The notes under the pieces: generated by a model
Database searches by the model: none
What the model was told of the DNA's origin: nothing
The model's input: only the letters and a program-made list of their open reading frames with translations
Program-made: the position numbers and the translations under genes
Part shown: piece after piece, positions 22,103 through 34,889 of the stretch
How positions within the stretch are numbered: the first letter of the stretch is position 1
Layout: the number at the start of each line of letters is the position of its first letter
Assembly (NCBI RefSeq): GCF_001194135.2
Contig: NC_068992.1
Coordinates: 17,731,080 to 17,767,472 of the forward strand
Direction: 5' to 3'
Source of the DNA: Octopus bimaculoides
Taxonomy: Eukaryota
Length of the DNA: 36,393 nt

Positions 22103-22234
22103 GTATACTTGTATGTACATAAAACATACATATTTATAAAGATATATAAGTACATACACACACATAGATATTTAGATATTTGTTCATAAGTACATATTTA
22201 TACACATGTATGTGAGTACATATGTACATACATG

Positions 22235-22280
<46 letters not shown>

Positions 22281-22334
22281 TATATATATGTGCATGTACA
22301 TATATATACACATAATGCATATGTGAGCACTAGT

Positions 22335-23225
22335 GTGCCCCCGCCCAACGTCTGGTATCTGGGGCTGAATTGGGAACCCACAAACACAATGATCCCTGCG
22401 GGTGGGCATAAAGCTTTACGAGGAGCTAATAAAGAGGAAAAGAACCAAAAAAGAAAAAAAAAACGGAAGAAAAAATGCATGGAATAAAAAATAAAGTATC
22501 AATTTGCAAGTAATACGAACGCCAAAACAGATACAGAAGACCGGAGGTTATGGGTGCGGAGGAGGGGCCTGAACATAGAGACAGAAGCGCTTTCATGCGC
22601 GGCGCAAGAACAAGCGTTATGAACAAACTGTGTGAAGATGCAGAATTACAACAAAAAGGAGAGCGACAAATGCAGAATGTGTGGTGAGAGGGTTGAAAAG
22701 GTATGGCACATTGTTAGCGAATGCTCGAAATTAGTACAACGCGATGACAAAAGACGTGACAATGTGGTAAGAATGATCCGTTGAGAGTTCTGTGGAAATC
22801 ACGGCCTATAAAGGTGGTACGACAAAACGTCAGGAGTAACTGAGAATGAAGACTGCCAAAACCTGTGTGGGATGCAATGATTCAGTGCGACCATCAGACC
22901 AGACATCAGAAACCTGACATTGTTGTGGTGGACAAAAAAGAAAAAAAGAAACTTGTATGATAATCGACAGAGCATGTCTCGGTGACATCAGGATGAAAAG
23001 AAAGAAGCAAACCTGAACAACTATGACGATTTGAAGTGGGAAATACAAAGGTTGTGGGCAATGAAGAGAGTGAACGTGATACCAGGAGTATTTGGCGCGC
23101 TTGGAAGTATCAGCACTTAACTACCAACATGGCTGAGAAAGATCGTTGCAAGTGAGAAGGTAGAACACCTACAAAAATCAGCATTGCTTGGAACTGTAAG
23201 AGTTCTCCACAAGGTTTTTGAAGCT
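22335..23225 (+). mobile_element. R4/Dong-clade non-LTR retrotransposon 3' remnant (CCHC zinc knuckle plus restriction-like endonuclease)
   Basis: ETEALSCAAQEQAL; CRMCGERVEKVWHIVSEC (C 22671, H 22707, C 22722); LWD..IQCD; KPDIVVVDKK (22910); IID; YDDLKWEIQRLW; GALG; LQKSALLGTVRVL. Several stops and frameshifts. Confidence 0.88.
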
Positions 23226-23535
23226 GGGGGACTAGTCAATTATATCAACCCCAATGCTTTACTGGTACTTATTTTATCGATCCCGAAAGCATAAAAGGCA
23301 AAGTCGACCTCGGCAGAATTTCGCCGACTCAATAATAATAATAATCCTTTCTACTAGAGGCACAAGGCCTGAAATTTCGAGGTAGGGGACTACATCGACC
23401 TCAGTGTTTCACTGGTGATTATTTCATCGACCCCGAAAGGATGAAAGACAAAGTCGACCTCAGCAGAATTTGAACTCAGAACGTAAAACTAGAGGAAATA
23501 CCATTAAGCATTTTATACAGCTTGCTAACGATTAT
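23226..23535 (-). mobile_element. Two tandem SINE family A copies (23226-23321 fragment; 23331-23535 with tail type 2 ending in (ATT)n)
   Basis: Both carry AAAGTCGACCTC...GCAGAATTT. The second begins on the plus strand with AATAATAATAATAATCCTTTCTACTAGAGGCACAAGGCC. Confidence 0.85.
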
Positions 23536-24043
23536 GGGAATTCGCTGTCTTGTACACAAATTTATTTCCACTCTAAAAGCTTCCCCTATTTTCACTTCTC
23601 CAAAGGTTTTCAAATAATCTTAAACGGTTCCATATCTTCAGTCTCTTGTACGTCATAGCTGATTAATTATTATTATTACATCTAACCGTTATGTTCACAC
23701 GTACTAAGAGTTAGCAGTACATTAGTGCACAAACATGCAAAAGTAAAATTAATTTTATCACATGCCAAAAATATGTCAGAGTTCAGAATAAGCTTGAATG
23801 CACATTATCTACATTTGACTGAAACGCCTATCAAATGCTTCCTCTAAGTACCTCGTTCAGGAAAGATTTTAATTTGTAATTTGGAAATCCTCCAGAAACA
23901 GTGGAATATAATGAAACAAATACAAAGTATTAACTAATATAACTTTTATAGGTCGGCTTTGAATTCTTGTGAAATTATTCCAAAAATTCATTTCCTTTAT
24001 TAACATATTCCTATGGTGTATGCGTATATGTATGTATGTATAC

Positions 24044-24275
24044 TCTTTTACTCTTTTACTCTTTTACTTGTTTCAGTCATTTGACTGCGGCCATGCTGGG
24101 GCACCGCATTTAGTCGAGCAAATCGACCCTAGGACTTATTCTTTGTAAGCCTAGTACTTATTCTATCGGTCTCTTTTTACCGAACCGTTAAGTTACAGGG
24201 ACGTAAACACACCGGCATCGGTTGTCAAGCGAAGTTGGGGGGACAAACACAGACATATACAAATATATACAAACA
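24044..24275 (-). mobile_element. SINE family B, 3' half with (GAGTAAAA)n tail
   Basis: (TACTCTTT)x3 followed by TTGTTTCAGTCATTTGACTGCGGCCATGCTGG...GGTTGTCAAGCG. Confidence 0.9.
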
Positions 24276-25137
24276 TTTGTCTTTGTTTTCGTATACATTC
24301 GCTGTTTTCTTCCAAGGAATCTCGTGCTCTTAGCTTAGTTTTTCCGGCCAGATTGGAGCAATCTCGAGCATGACCNNNNNNNNNNNNNNNNNNNNNNNNN
24401 NNNNNNNNNNNNNNNNNNNNNNNNNNNNNNNNNNNNNNNNNNNNNNNNNNNNNNNNNNNNNNNNNNNNNNNNNNNNNNNNNNNNNNNNNNNNNNNNNNNN
24501 NNNNNNNNNNNNNNNNNNNNNNNNNNNNNNNNNNNNNNNNNNNNNNNNNNNNNNNNNNNNNNNNNNNNNNNNNNNNNATATATGTATATACTATATGTGT
24601 GTGCGTATGTATATATGTATATATATATTCATATATACATGTATATATGTATATACTATATGTGTGTGCGTATGTATATATGTATATATATATACACACA
24701 CACATGCATGTGTATATATGTATATACGTATATATATATATATACATATATATTGGGACGCATGGTGAAAACCTCATTTACAACAGACGTTACATCTCTC
24801 ACACGAAACGCACACACACACGTGTGCACATATCATCGCGCGTGCGCACATACAAACACATGATAGTCTCAAAGAAAATCCTTGCAACCAGAAAAACAAC
24901 ATAAGAAAAACGCAAAGCACAGAAGCCATTTCACAAACAATATATATATATATGCCTATGTGTATATGTGTGTGCATGTGCGAGTGTATATGCGGCGGTT
25001 TCAGTGAATCATAACTTATTGAAAAATCTCAAGTAGTTTGGATATTCTATGAATCATTAAATAAATTATTTCTAAGATCTTTCATTAATTAAAATTCACA
25101 ATTCACATACAAGTTGTCAAGCTGCAANNNNNNNNNN

Positions 25138-25185
<48 letters not shown>

Positions 25186-26424
25186 GTCCATCCATACATA
25201 TATATATGTATACAAATATAAATATATATACATATATATGTTTATATGCATACATACATACATACATACTTACACACGCATGTACACATATATATGTTTA
25301 TCTGTGTATTCGTTGTTTGGGGACTTTTTTCTTGTTACTCCAAAGATGAAACGGCGAACGTCATCTCTTGCATTGATACTGCCGTCGCCGCCACCGCGGA
25401 CGAGGTGGCTTTCTTCGTAGTCGTCGTCGTCGTCGTCGTCTTCGTCGTCGTCGTCGCCTTCGTCGTCGTCGTCATCATCATCATCCCCTCCTCCTCCTCC
25501 TCCTCCTCCACATCATCATTAATAGACATGATATGAAAATTATAAGCCGTTCCACTCACATATATACAAGCGTGCGTACGTACATACATAATATATATAT
25601 ATATATATATATATANNNNNNNNNNNNNNNNNNNNNNNNNNNNNNNNNNNNNNNNNNNNNNNNNNNNNNNNNNNNNNNNNNNNNNNNNNNNNNNNNNNNN
25701 NNNNNNNNNNNNNNNNNNNNNNNNNNNNNNNNNNNNNNNNNNNNNNNNNNNNNNNNNNNNNNNNNNNNNNNNNNNNNNNNNNNNNNNNNNNNNNNNNNNN
25801 NNNNNNNNNNNNNNNNNNNNNNNNNNNNNNNNNNNNNNNNNNNNNNNNNNNNNNNNNNNNNNNNNNNNNNNNNNNNNNNNNNNNNNNNNNNNNNNNNNNN
25901 NNNNNNNNNNNNNNNNNNNNNNNNNNNNNNNNNNNNNNNNNNNNNNNNNNNNNNNNNNNNNNNNNNNNNNNNNNNNNNNNNNNNNNNNNNNNNNNNNNNN
26001 NNNNNNNNNNNNNNNNNNNNNNNNNNNNNNNNNNNNNNNNNNNNNNNNGGTAGGTCGGTTGGTTGGAAAGTACAAGCTATATGTTTTAGTTTTGTGACAT
26101 TTTCGAACACATATTTTAAAGAAGAAAAGAAATCGAGAAACATAAATTACAATGTAACCAGTAACAATGGAAACCACCACCGCCGCTGCCGCCATCATCA
26201 ACGTCATCACTATCGTATTCATCATTTTCACCACCCAATAAGAAATTTAATTGCGAAAGCAACAAAAACAGCGAACTAAATGCTATGAAGAACTTAAAAA
26301 CTGTTACAAGAAATGCATATACAAAAAAATTATTAAAAGAAACGTTAATAACCATAGCTAAATCAACAACTTTTGAAATTAAGTAATGTGGTATTTATGC
26401 AATAAGTGAAAATGGGGAAAAGAG

Positions 26425-26506
26425 CGAGTCTTATATATATGTATATGTGTATACACACACACATACACACACACACAAACACACAGAGACACATATACCT
26501 ATGCAT

Positions 26507-26538
<32 letters not shown>

Positions 26539-26969
26539 ACACACATGCACACACACACACATATATATGCATATATATATATATATATATATCTATACAT
26601 GTATATACATGTATACACACACACACATATATACATATGCATATATATACATATATATATACATGTATACACACAAACACACACACATGCACATACATAT
26701 ATATTTATATATGCAATACATTCATGAATATGCACGGCGGTGCATCAGCATGGCCGCAGTTCTAAGCTGAAACTATAATAATAAAAAAAATTATGTATAT
26801 ATATATATATATATGCATATTTAATATATATGCTTATATATACATATACACAAACACACACATACACATATATATATATATACATGCATGTATGCATAAG
26901 TACATGTATATATATATGTTGATACATATATGCATATATATGTATGTTTATATACATTTTAATATGTAT

Positions 26970-27001
<32 letters not shown>

Positions 27002-27003
27002 CC

Positions 27004-27063
<60 letters not shown>

Positions 27064-27200
27064 GTCTATCTATCTATCTATCTATCTCTCTATCTCTCTC
27101 TCTCTCTATCTATCTATCTATTTATGCACACACACACACACACACACACACAAATATATATGTATTTGTATACCTACATATACATATTTAAATCAAGAAA
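26425..27200. repeat. Mosaic TA/CA dinucleotide and (TCTA)n microsatellites around a SINE-B 3' fragment (about 26735-26775)
   Basis: Directly visible; GGCGGTGCATCAGCATGGCCGCAG at about 26737. Confidence 0.9.
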
Positions 27201-27802
27201 CATCTAAAAGGGAGGAAAAGTGACAGATACATAGATAAATAGATAGATAGAGAGAGAGAGAAAGAGGAAGAGAAAGAGAGAGTGAGAGAGAGGGTGAGAG
27301 GGAAAATGACAGAGAGAGAGAGAGAGATAATAGCAGCAGATATGGTCTTGAAATAACAGAGTAAAAAGTTTCCTTGTGAAATGTCTTGTGAGATATTTGT
27401 TTCAAGTAAAAAGAACAGAATGGAACGTACTAGAAAAACAACAAAGTAAGATGAAAACGACAACATCGATTAAAAACAAAACAAAACAAAATAAAGCAAT
27501 AAAAGTAAAATTCCGAAAAATTGTAACAAATAAAATTTGAATTTCAAAATCAAAGATGGAGAAAATAATGAAAGAAAAATGGCGTAATTTGTGAGTGGAA
27601 AAGAAGAAACGCCACTTGTTATTATTGCAGTGTGTGGTGNNNNNNNNNNNNNNNNNNNNNNNNNNNNNNNNNNNNNNNNNNNNNNNNNNNNNNNNNNNNN
27701 NNNNNNNNNNNNNNNNNNNNNNNNNNNNNNNNNNNNNNNNNNNNNNNNNNNNNNNNNNNNNNNNNNNNNNNNNNNNNNNNNNNNNNNNNNNNNNNNNNNN
27801 NN

Positions 27803-27816
27803 TAATAATAAAGATA

Positions 27817-27892
<76 letters not shown>

Positions 27893-27897
27893 AGATA

Positions 27898-27932
<35 letters not shown>

Positions 27933-27945
27933 AATAACAAAGATA

Positions 27946-27994
<49 letters not shown>

Positions 27995-28062
27995 CCATCA
28001 TCATTACTTATTTTGATAATGATGATGATGATAATAAAAATAATAACAACAACAACAATAAT

Positions 28063-28115
<53 letters not shown>

Positions 28116-28181
28116 TAATAATAATAATAGCCTTCATCATTACTTATTTTGATAATGATGATGATGATGATGATGATGATG

Positions 28182-28236
<55 letters not shown>

Positions 28237-28317
28237 TAATAATGATAATAATTATCATTATTTATTATTTATTAATGTTGCTGGACAACAATGACAACAG
28301 CTACTGCTGCTGCTGCT

Positions 28318-28402
<85 letters not shown>

Positions 28403-28727
28403 GCCTCACCATTAATTGTAATGACAGTTGTACTCGTAGTAGCTGCAGCATTGGTATTAAGTAATTGTAATAACGTTAATGGTGGTAGCGGTAGTGGTGG
28501 TGGTAGTAGGTATTGTTGTTGTGGTGGTGGATTTCGTAGTTGTGAAGTTGCTAATGATAATTGCTGCAGTGGTGGTGCTAGTGAGAATTGTAGTTGCGGA
28601 GATAGTAGTAGCTGTGGTGATAAGAGTAGATGCAGTAGTGATGACGGGAAGATAGCAGTTTAGGTTGTAGTATAAGTGAATGTGGTAATTATGAGCGGTA
28701 TTTGTAGTAGTAATTGTAGTAGTAATT

Positions 28728-28774
<47 letters not shown>

Positions 28775-29050
28775 CGTAGTAGTTGTTGTTGTTATGGTGC
28801 TGGTTGTAGCAGAGGTGGTGATTGTATTTGTAACGATGGTGATGGTGGTGGCTGTTGTTCTGATTGTTTGTTGTGCCGTTGCTAATGGATACAGGTGTAG
28901 TGGTGATGGTGATGATGGTGGTGTTGGTGGTTGTAACGGTGGTGGCGGTGATCGTGGTGCCTTCAGCAATCGTCGGGATGATTGAGGTTGTAGTGGTACT
29001 TGTTGCAGCAGCAGTTGCAGCAGCAGTTGCAGCAGCAGTAGTCAAAGAGA
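27803..29050. repeat. Large cryptic trinucleotide array: (AAT)n/(GAT)n with higher-order units, then (CTA)n, then GTA/GGT/GCA-rich sequence
   Basis: Directly visible. Explains the poly-I, N, Y, T, S and V ORFs. Confidence 0.95.
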
Positions 29051-29255
29051 TTATAATGAAATGTCTGTATATAATTAAGTCGCAAAAGAACTCGATATGA
29101 ATCAATTGAAAATTCAGAAAATAAGAGAAAAATGTGTGCGTGTGTGTGTGTGTGTATGTATGTGTGTATGTGTGTGTGTGTGTGTGTTCGCGTGTATGGG
29201 TATATGTATATATGTATGTATATTTTTATATACATACACATCATGCATAGATACT

Positions 29256-29289
<34 letters not shown>

Positions 29290-29294
<5 letters not shown>

Positions 29295-29430
29295 GTTTAT
29301 TCTTTTATTTGTTTAAATCTTTTGACTGGGGCCATGCTCGAGCACCACCTTTAATCGAACAAATCGACCCCAGAATTTATTCTTTGTAAGCTCAGTACTT
29401 ATTCTATCGGGTCGCTTTTTGCCGAATTGC
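29290..29430 (-). mobile_element. SINE family B 3' end
   Basis: TTTGACTGGGGCCATGCTCGAGCACCACCTTT...AAATCGACCCCAG...CTTTGTAAGC...GTACTTATTCTATCG. Confidence 0.85.
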
Positions 29431-29686
29431 TAATATATACCTTTTAACAAGCTCGCTGGCTAATCGTGACACCAGCACCTTTCTGGCACTGTTTCTCTAT
29501 ATATTGCTCGTGAGGAGATGAGTCACTGCTATCTCTAATAGTCAATCATGTATCATTGACAGGACGAAGGAAGGGCGAAATTACATAATCTGGTGGTCTC
29601 AGCACTAGTGGAGGTAGGGTTTATCTCCCTTGCTAGTGATATAAACAAGTGTTTATTTTACACGAAAAGCCAATATGAGAGTTTCT

Positions 29687-29916
29687 TATTTCTTTATTGT
29701 CCACAAGGGGCTAAACATGGAGGGGACAAACAAAGACAGACAAATGGGTTAAGTCGATTACATCGACCCCAGTGCGTAACTGGTACTCAATTTATCGACC
29801 CCGAAAGGATGAAAGGCAAAGTCGACCTCGGCGGAATTTGAACTCAGAACGAAAGGCAGACGAAATACTGCTAAGCATTTCGCCCGGCGTGCTAACGTTT
29901 CTGCCAGCTCACCGCC
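29687..29916 (-). mobile_element. Young full-length SINE family A (tail type 1) with TSD
   Basis: Direct repeat GCCAATATGAGAGTTTCT at 29669-29686 and 29914-29931; 3 bp overlap the element 5' end. Confidence 0.95.
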
Positions 29917-30199
29917 AATATGAGAGTTTCTCTCGTGCTAACTACCGCAGTATAGTTTGTTCTAAAAGAACATCCACGTTTAAGTGGGAATAAATATTAT
30001 CTCTTGGTATTAATACTGTCTCTGTCGTTTATATATATTTAGCAAAATTACTATATGTTCGATGTGTTAGAGGTCTAGAGGTTTGGCGTGAGACACCTAG
30101 GTTGTTTGTGTAGGCTGGTGATATAGCAGGTGACTGCAAGTAGATCATTGATATTTAGAGGAAAGGTACCATTTCCTCAGCCCTTATGTATACTTGATT

Positions 30200-30700
30200 T
30201 TCGCCTTCCAGGCTGCACAGTATACTCAAACTTCATTTAGAAAAGTTATATCTGCGCATATATAGGCTCCACTCTCTAGGTGAGAGATAAGTTTGACTTA
30301 TCTTTCATCTGAGATCTTAGAAACAGATCTTCAGTTAATTTTCCTCAAACACTTTCTGTTCACTTCTCCAAATGCATTTTCTTTATTCTCTGCTCTTCAC
30401 ACCTCTCCAACAACTAACAGTTCTTCGACCACATCACTTTCTTCATTGAAGATATATATCTCAATTCAGATGCAACTATTCTTGGCTCTCGTATTCTTCC
30501 GAAGCTGATGCCATCGGAACGGAGACTAGAATCTTTCGCAAACTTTAACTCTCAACATCAGTTAATTTTATCCTCTGCACGCATCCTAGACCCACATCGA
30601 GACACAGAGATATTCGAAATCTCTTTCTCACCATCAAGCTCAACTCTATCTAACCTATCATATTGCCTGCCTTATCGCGTTTTTCCAGTGCACATCCACG
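30200..30700 (-). mobile_element. Possible second, very old RTE-like RT C-terminal fragment
   Basis: Peptides SDG...RIREPRI...SMKKVMWSKN and ENAF...KCLRKI loosely match post-FKYLG RTE motifs. Confidence 0.35.
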
Positions 30701-30779
30701 CAGTAAATAATACAGCATCCACACAGTAAGCAGCATCGCTAACTCTCGAGGCCAATGGCGCTTCAGGTCAGGTGAATGG

Positions 30780-32720
30780 CGGAACTATGCCAGGTCTGTG
30801 GAACTATTCATGACAGTATGTATTTCGGCCTTAACCAACCAGAAGCTTATCCTGGTCTTTTAAAAGAATCTACTCGATTCCAATTTGATCCAACACATAC
30901 AAAGTTTTCCTTTTCTGTCCAGCTATTCNNNNNNNNNNAACAAACTTGGAAGCATCCTCTCTTTTTATATCAGCTACTTTTAAGAGTCCAGCATTCAGTT
31001 CCATACATTTGCTACTGGGAATATCAAAAGTGTACTGCAATTTCAGTTTCATAATCCACTTTGACAGTTTTATTATTAATCATTATAGGATTATTTCGAT
31101 TATATGCTTCTGCGATAATCATCCGTTTAATTTTGTCAAAATCTTCAAGTCTTCTAGGTTGCTTAAAATATAAAAACAATACCACTGGTATATCTGATAT
31201 TGTTGACAATTCTTCCACTGATTTGAACTATATCTTAGAAAACTTAGAAAGCTGTTCTCTTTACACTTTCTGCAGAGAATTCAAACAGAGCAGGAGAAAG
31301 AATGCATCCTTGCTGTACTTCACTCAATCTCTAACATCACTTGTGAAACCCGCGTTACTTCGACAGTTGTTGTTAACTGAGAATAAAGTAATTTTAATAA
31401 TTCTATAAAATGTTGCGGAAACCTCGTTCCTCTTGTCACAGGACATAATTTGTCATGAAGAACTGTGTCAAAAGCTTTTTGATAGTCAATAAAAGCAATA
31501 AATAATTCTTCATTATGCTCTCTAGTTCTCTGAAAAACTATCTTTGCGTTAAATTTAGCAAATCTTTTCCTAGTTCTAAAACCAACTTTATCTCTGCTAT
31601 TTCTGATTTATATTTCATTTCAATTCTACCATAATGATTTTATATAAGTTCTTTTTTTTTTCAACATGATTTATTAGGGCAATTGCACTGTTGATTTCTT
31701 ACCTCGAATTATATCCCATCATTTTTTTTTCGAATGAATTAAAAATTTAAATTCCACATTTTTGTGCACTTGTATTGTAATAATTTCACCGAGGTTTCTT
31801 TACCATTTTCCCAAAGTTCTGCTGCTATGTCATTTGTTACAGGATTTTATAGTTTTTTCAGACTTTTTTATATTCTTTTTACTTCAGACATTAGCGGCGG
31901 AAATTCTGTTTCTGTAACTCGATTTTGACTTTGATCATTTTGACTATTTTCAGCTTGATTCACATCTGGTGTCTTCTTGTATAAGTTGTGGTTGTATTCT
32001 TTCCAAATTTTCTTTATGCCGCTCCCTTCATAAAGCACATTACAATCTTTTTCTTTGATATCACAATTTCTTGGTAAAAATGTTCTGGTTATTAGCTTCA
32101 ATGCTTTGTAAAGATCTTTAGTAATATTTGTTATTGAATTTGTTTCAATCTCATCAAAAATTTTGTTGATATTTTCCTGATCGTCTTTTTTCCATCATGG
32201 TTTGAATTTCATGGCTCAGCTGTTGATATCGTTCTTCAGATTCAGATGATGTCATAACAGTGTTTTTTTTTTTACTGATCTCCTTTCTTTAACTTTATCT
32301 CATGTCTCGTCTGTTATCCACTTCATGTTTTTTTTTTCGTTTTCTATGGAAATATTTTTTTCTGCTACTTCCAAAATCACATTTTTAGCTTTATTCCACA
32401 TTTCTTGCGGGTGGTGTTTCTTCTATACATTGATAAATTTGTTCAAGTGTTATTTTTATTTTAATTTCAACATTATATTCTTTTGAAATGTTTATAAAAT
32501 CTTCTTGGTATTCTTATTATTTTTTTATTGCTACTAAGACAAATTTTAACATCTGAAACAATAAGTTGATGGCGACTGGTATGGTTAGCATTGGATATGT
32601 TCTAACTTATTTACTACATTTCCAATGCTGTTGGATCTTAAGTCATCTATTCGTTTATGAATCCAAGAGAAAATGTTTTCCATAATTTTTACTTGAAATC
32701 CCGCCAAACAAATGCCAGAG
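30780..32720 (-). mobile_element. RTE (BovB-like) LINE, main part: end of the APE domain, linker and RT
   Basis: SRHQLIV (resembling SDHQLL); KWITDET; LITRTFLPR...IKEKD...WKEY...PPL.SEV; GFR; FIDYQKAFD (about 31468-31494); QQGCILSPALF; NNIRYTSG (YADD decayed, 31181-31192); MYGTECWTLK; SWTEK. Confidence 0.9.
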
Positions 32721-33099
32721 ATAACTTAGGGATTATATATATATATATAGGATTATATACACATATGTATATGTACATGCATATTTAAAGATAGCAGGTT
32801 CTAGACGGTAAGAAAATAATAGATAAAACAATTAATTGAAATAAAAATAATGAGATGGTAATGAAAAAGCGATAAAAGAACTGAGGTGACAACAAAGGAG
32901 CTAATAAAATTAAATAAAATGAGGCAGTAATAGAGTCGATGAGAATATTGAAATGAAACCAATATCAGAGAAGGTGTTTGTTAAATTTTAAATTTGAAAA
33001 AGTGCAAATCAATTCTGTAGAAAAACGAAGGGGAGACAAGTATTTCATCAATACAGCTGTTCTGAAAACACAAAAAGACCCCACAAAAAGACCCCCCAA

Positions 33100-34800
33100 G
33101 GAACACACACACGCGCGCGCGCACACATACTAAGGAAAGAACAAAAACTTTGTGCAGGATCTTGGAACATATCCGTGAGATATTTAGGAAGTCCGCGTGC
33201 AGTTCCCGAAATTTAGCGCATATCATTCTGAAGATAAATTCCTGAACTGATGTTATCAGGAAATGAATCTCGTTTAACTGAGCGTCTTCTGAAGAACCAG
33301 ATTTGCAGTATTTCAATCATGATGGAGTTATCGAAGTGACAAAAACCAGCTCATTATCAAGTAGACTACGTAACTGATTCCATTTTATCACGTGTGGAGA
33401 GTAAATATTTCGAGAAGCCTGAAGAAACGTTTGAAATGTAGTCTATTTTTTAGTGAGTCTAACTCTCTCAGAGATACAATGGAGCATCAAGTGTTAAGAA
33501 TGTTTTGAATGATAAAACGAGTGTATCGTTATAGACGTTTCCCTGTGAACGTAAGTAATTTAGGTGTCCTATCTCAAATCAGGCGTGAATTTAAAACCTC
33601 AGGTTCTTCCCTTCAAAGCAGACTTAATCAGCGAAATAGGAAGGTCAGAAAATGCATGCTTGTGGTGAGAAGAAACCAAATTAATCTAGGAGGCGTTAAC
33701 TGAAAATATGTGCACTTAGAGCTAAATGACTTTCTTGCGACTGTAAAACGCAGTATCACCAGGAAATGATAAATTATCTTATTACTTTCTTGGGTAACCT
33801 TTTTTTATATACGAAAGAAAAAGGCGTCGGTCCTTGGATAGATTTCTGGAGCATGACGCTATTAATTTCACAAATGTCAGAAAGCTGAGCGTTTGGGGCA
33901 TTTTTCATTCTTCTTTGCCATAAGAAATGATTTGATGGTAGAAAAGACTCTACAATATATACCATGAGAGGTGAGTGTATGGAGGAACCCTCTATACCAT
34001 ACCACGTCAAATGCTTCGATGATATCCAAAGTAATAACAAGGGGAAAAAACTATTATCCTTTGCAAAGCTTACCTTGTGAACGATGAGAACATATCTTAT
34101 GAATGGTGAGTAAGCAGCAGATCTGGAAGAGCAAAAACCATATTACTTGTCACTAAGAAGATTCGCTTCACTCAGTTACGTGTTTATTACTAATTAATTC
34201 AAGTGGAGGCGCAATGGCCCAGTGGTTAGGGCAGCGGTCTCGCGGTCATAGGATCGCAGTTTCGATTCCCAGACCGGGCGTTGTGAGTGTTTATTGAGCG
34301 AAAACACCTAAATGCTCCACGAGGCTCCGGCAGGGAATGGTGGCGAACCCTGCTGTACTCTTCTACCACAACTTTCTCTTACTTCCTGTTTCTGTTGTGC
34401 CTGTAGTTCAAAGGGTCAGCCTTGTCACACTGTGTCACGCTGAATATCCCCGAGAACTACGTTAAGGGTACACGTGTCTGTGGAGTGCTCAGCCACTTGC
34501 ACGTTAATTTCACGAGCAGGCTGTTCCGTTGATCGGATCAACTGGAACCCTCGACGTCGTAAGCGACGAAGTGCCAACAACAACCACTAATTAATTCAAA
34601 CGGCTTACAATCATTAAAAGATCATTGTCCTGCGCCAGTTTCCCAATCTGATATCTCTTCGATACCGTCCCATGAGGGGTAATGATAGCTACATTTCAGT
34701 TTTTTAACAGCTGTAAGGTTTAGTTTGTTGAACAACCTCAAGTCCTTCCAAGGAGCGAACTCGACAGGTTTTTCAGTTTAGTCGCCGCCGAACTGTCCAT
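33100..34800 (-). mobile_element. CR1/Jockey-group LINE RT remnant inserted inside the RTE and interrupted by SINE C
   Basis: KPFELISNK (rebuilt across the SINE TSD), NLLSDK*YGF.SSRS, LDIIEAFDVVWYRGFLHTL.SHGI (34006-34029), INSVMLQKSIQGPT, FPGDTAFYS (resembling FADDT, about 33754-33768), GFKFTPDL. Confidence 0.8.
34203..34585 (+). mobile_element. Young full-length SINE family C with 14-bp TSD and (CAA)n tail
   Basis: TGGCCCAGTGGTTAGG A-box, GTTTCGATTCCC B-box, tail GTGCCAACAACAAC. TSD ACTAATTAATTCAA at 34189-34202 and 34586-34599. Confidence 0.95.
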
Positions 34801-34889
34801 GAAACAAAATATGTGAAGATACATGTTACTATGTGCAAGACTCTAAATACTCCTTGTGATCGGCAATAACGACGTCAGTTAAACGATGC

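Noticed and set aside
27803-28260. Direct repeats with variable spacers as a CRISPR-like array
   Set aside because: Units and spacers are all low-complexity triplets in a eukaryotic context, with no cas genes.
5218-29389. Dozens of 100-400 aa ORFs in the track (poly-X, YIYI, VCVC, PTYL, poly-I/N/T)
   Set aside because: They are translations of N gaps and microsatellites, not coding sequence.
34203-34275. tRNA gene-like sequence (also at 5111, 14021, 36038)
   Set aside because: These are SINE heads: A and B boxes continue into shared repeat bodies with tails and TSDs, and no complete cloverleaf is evident.
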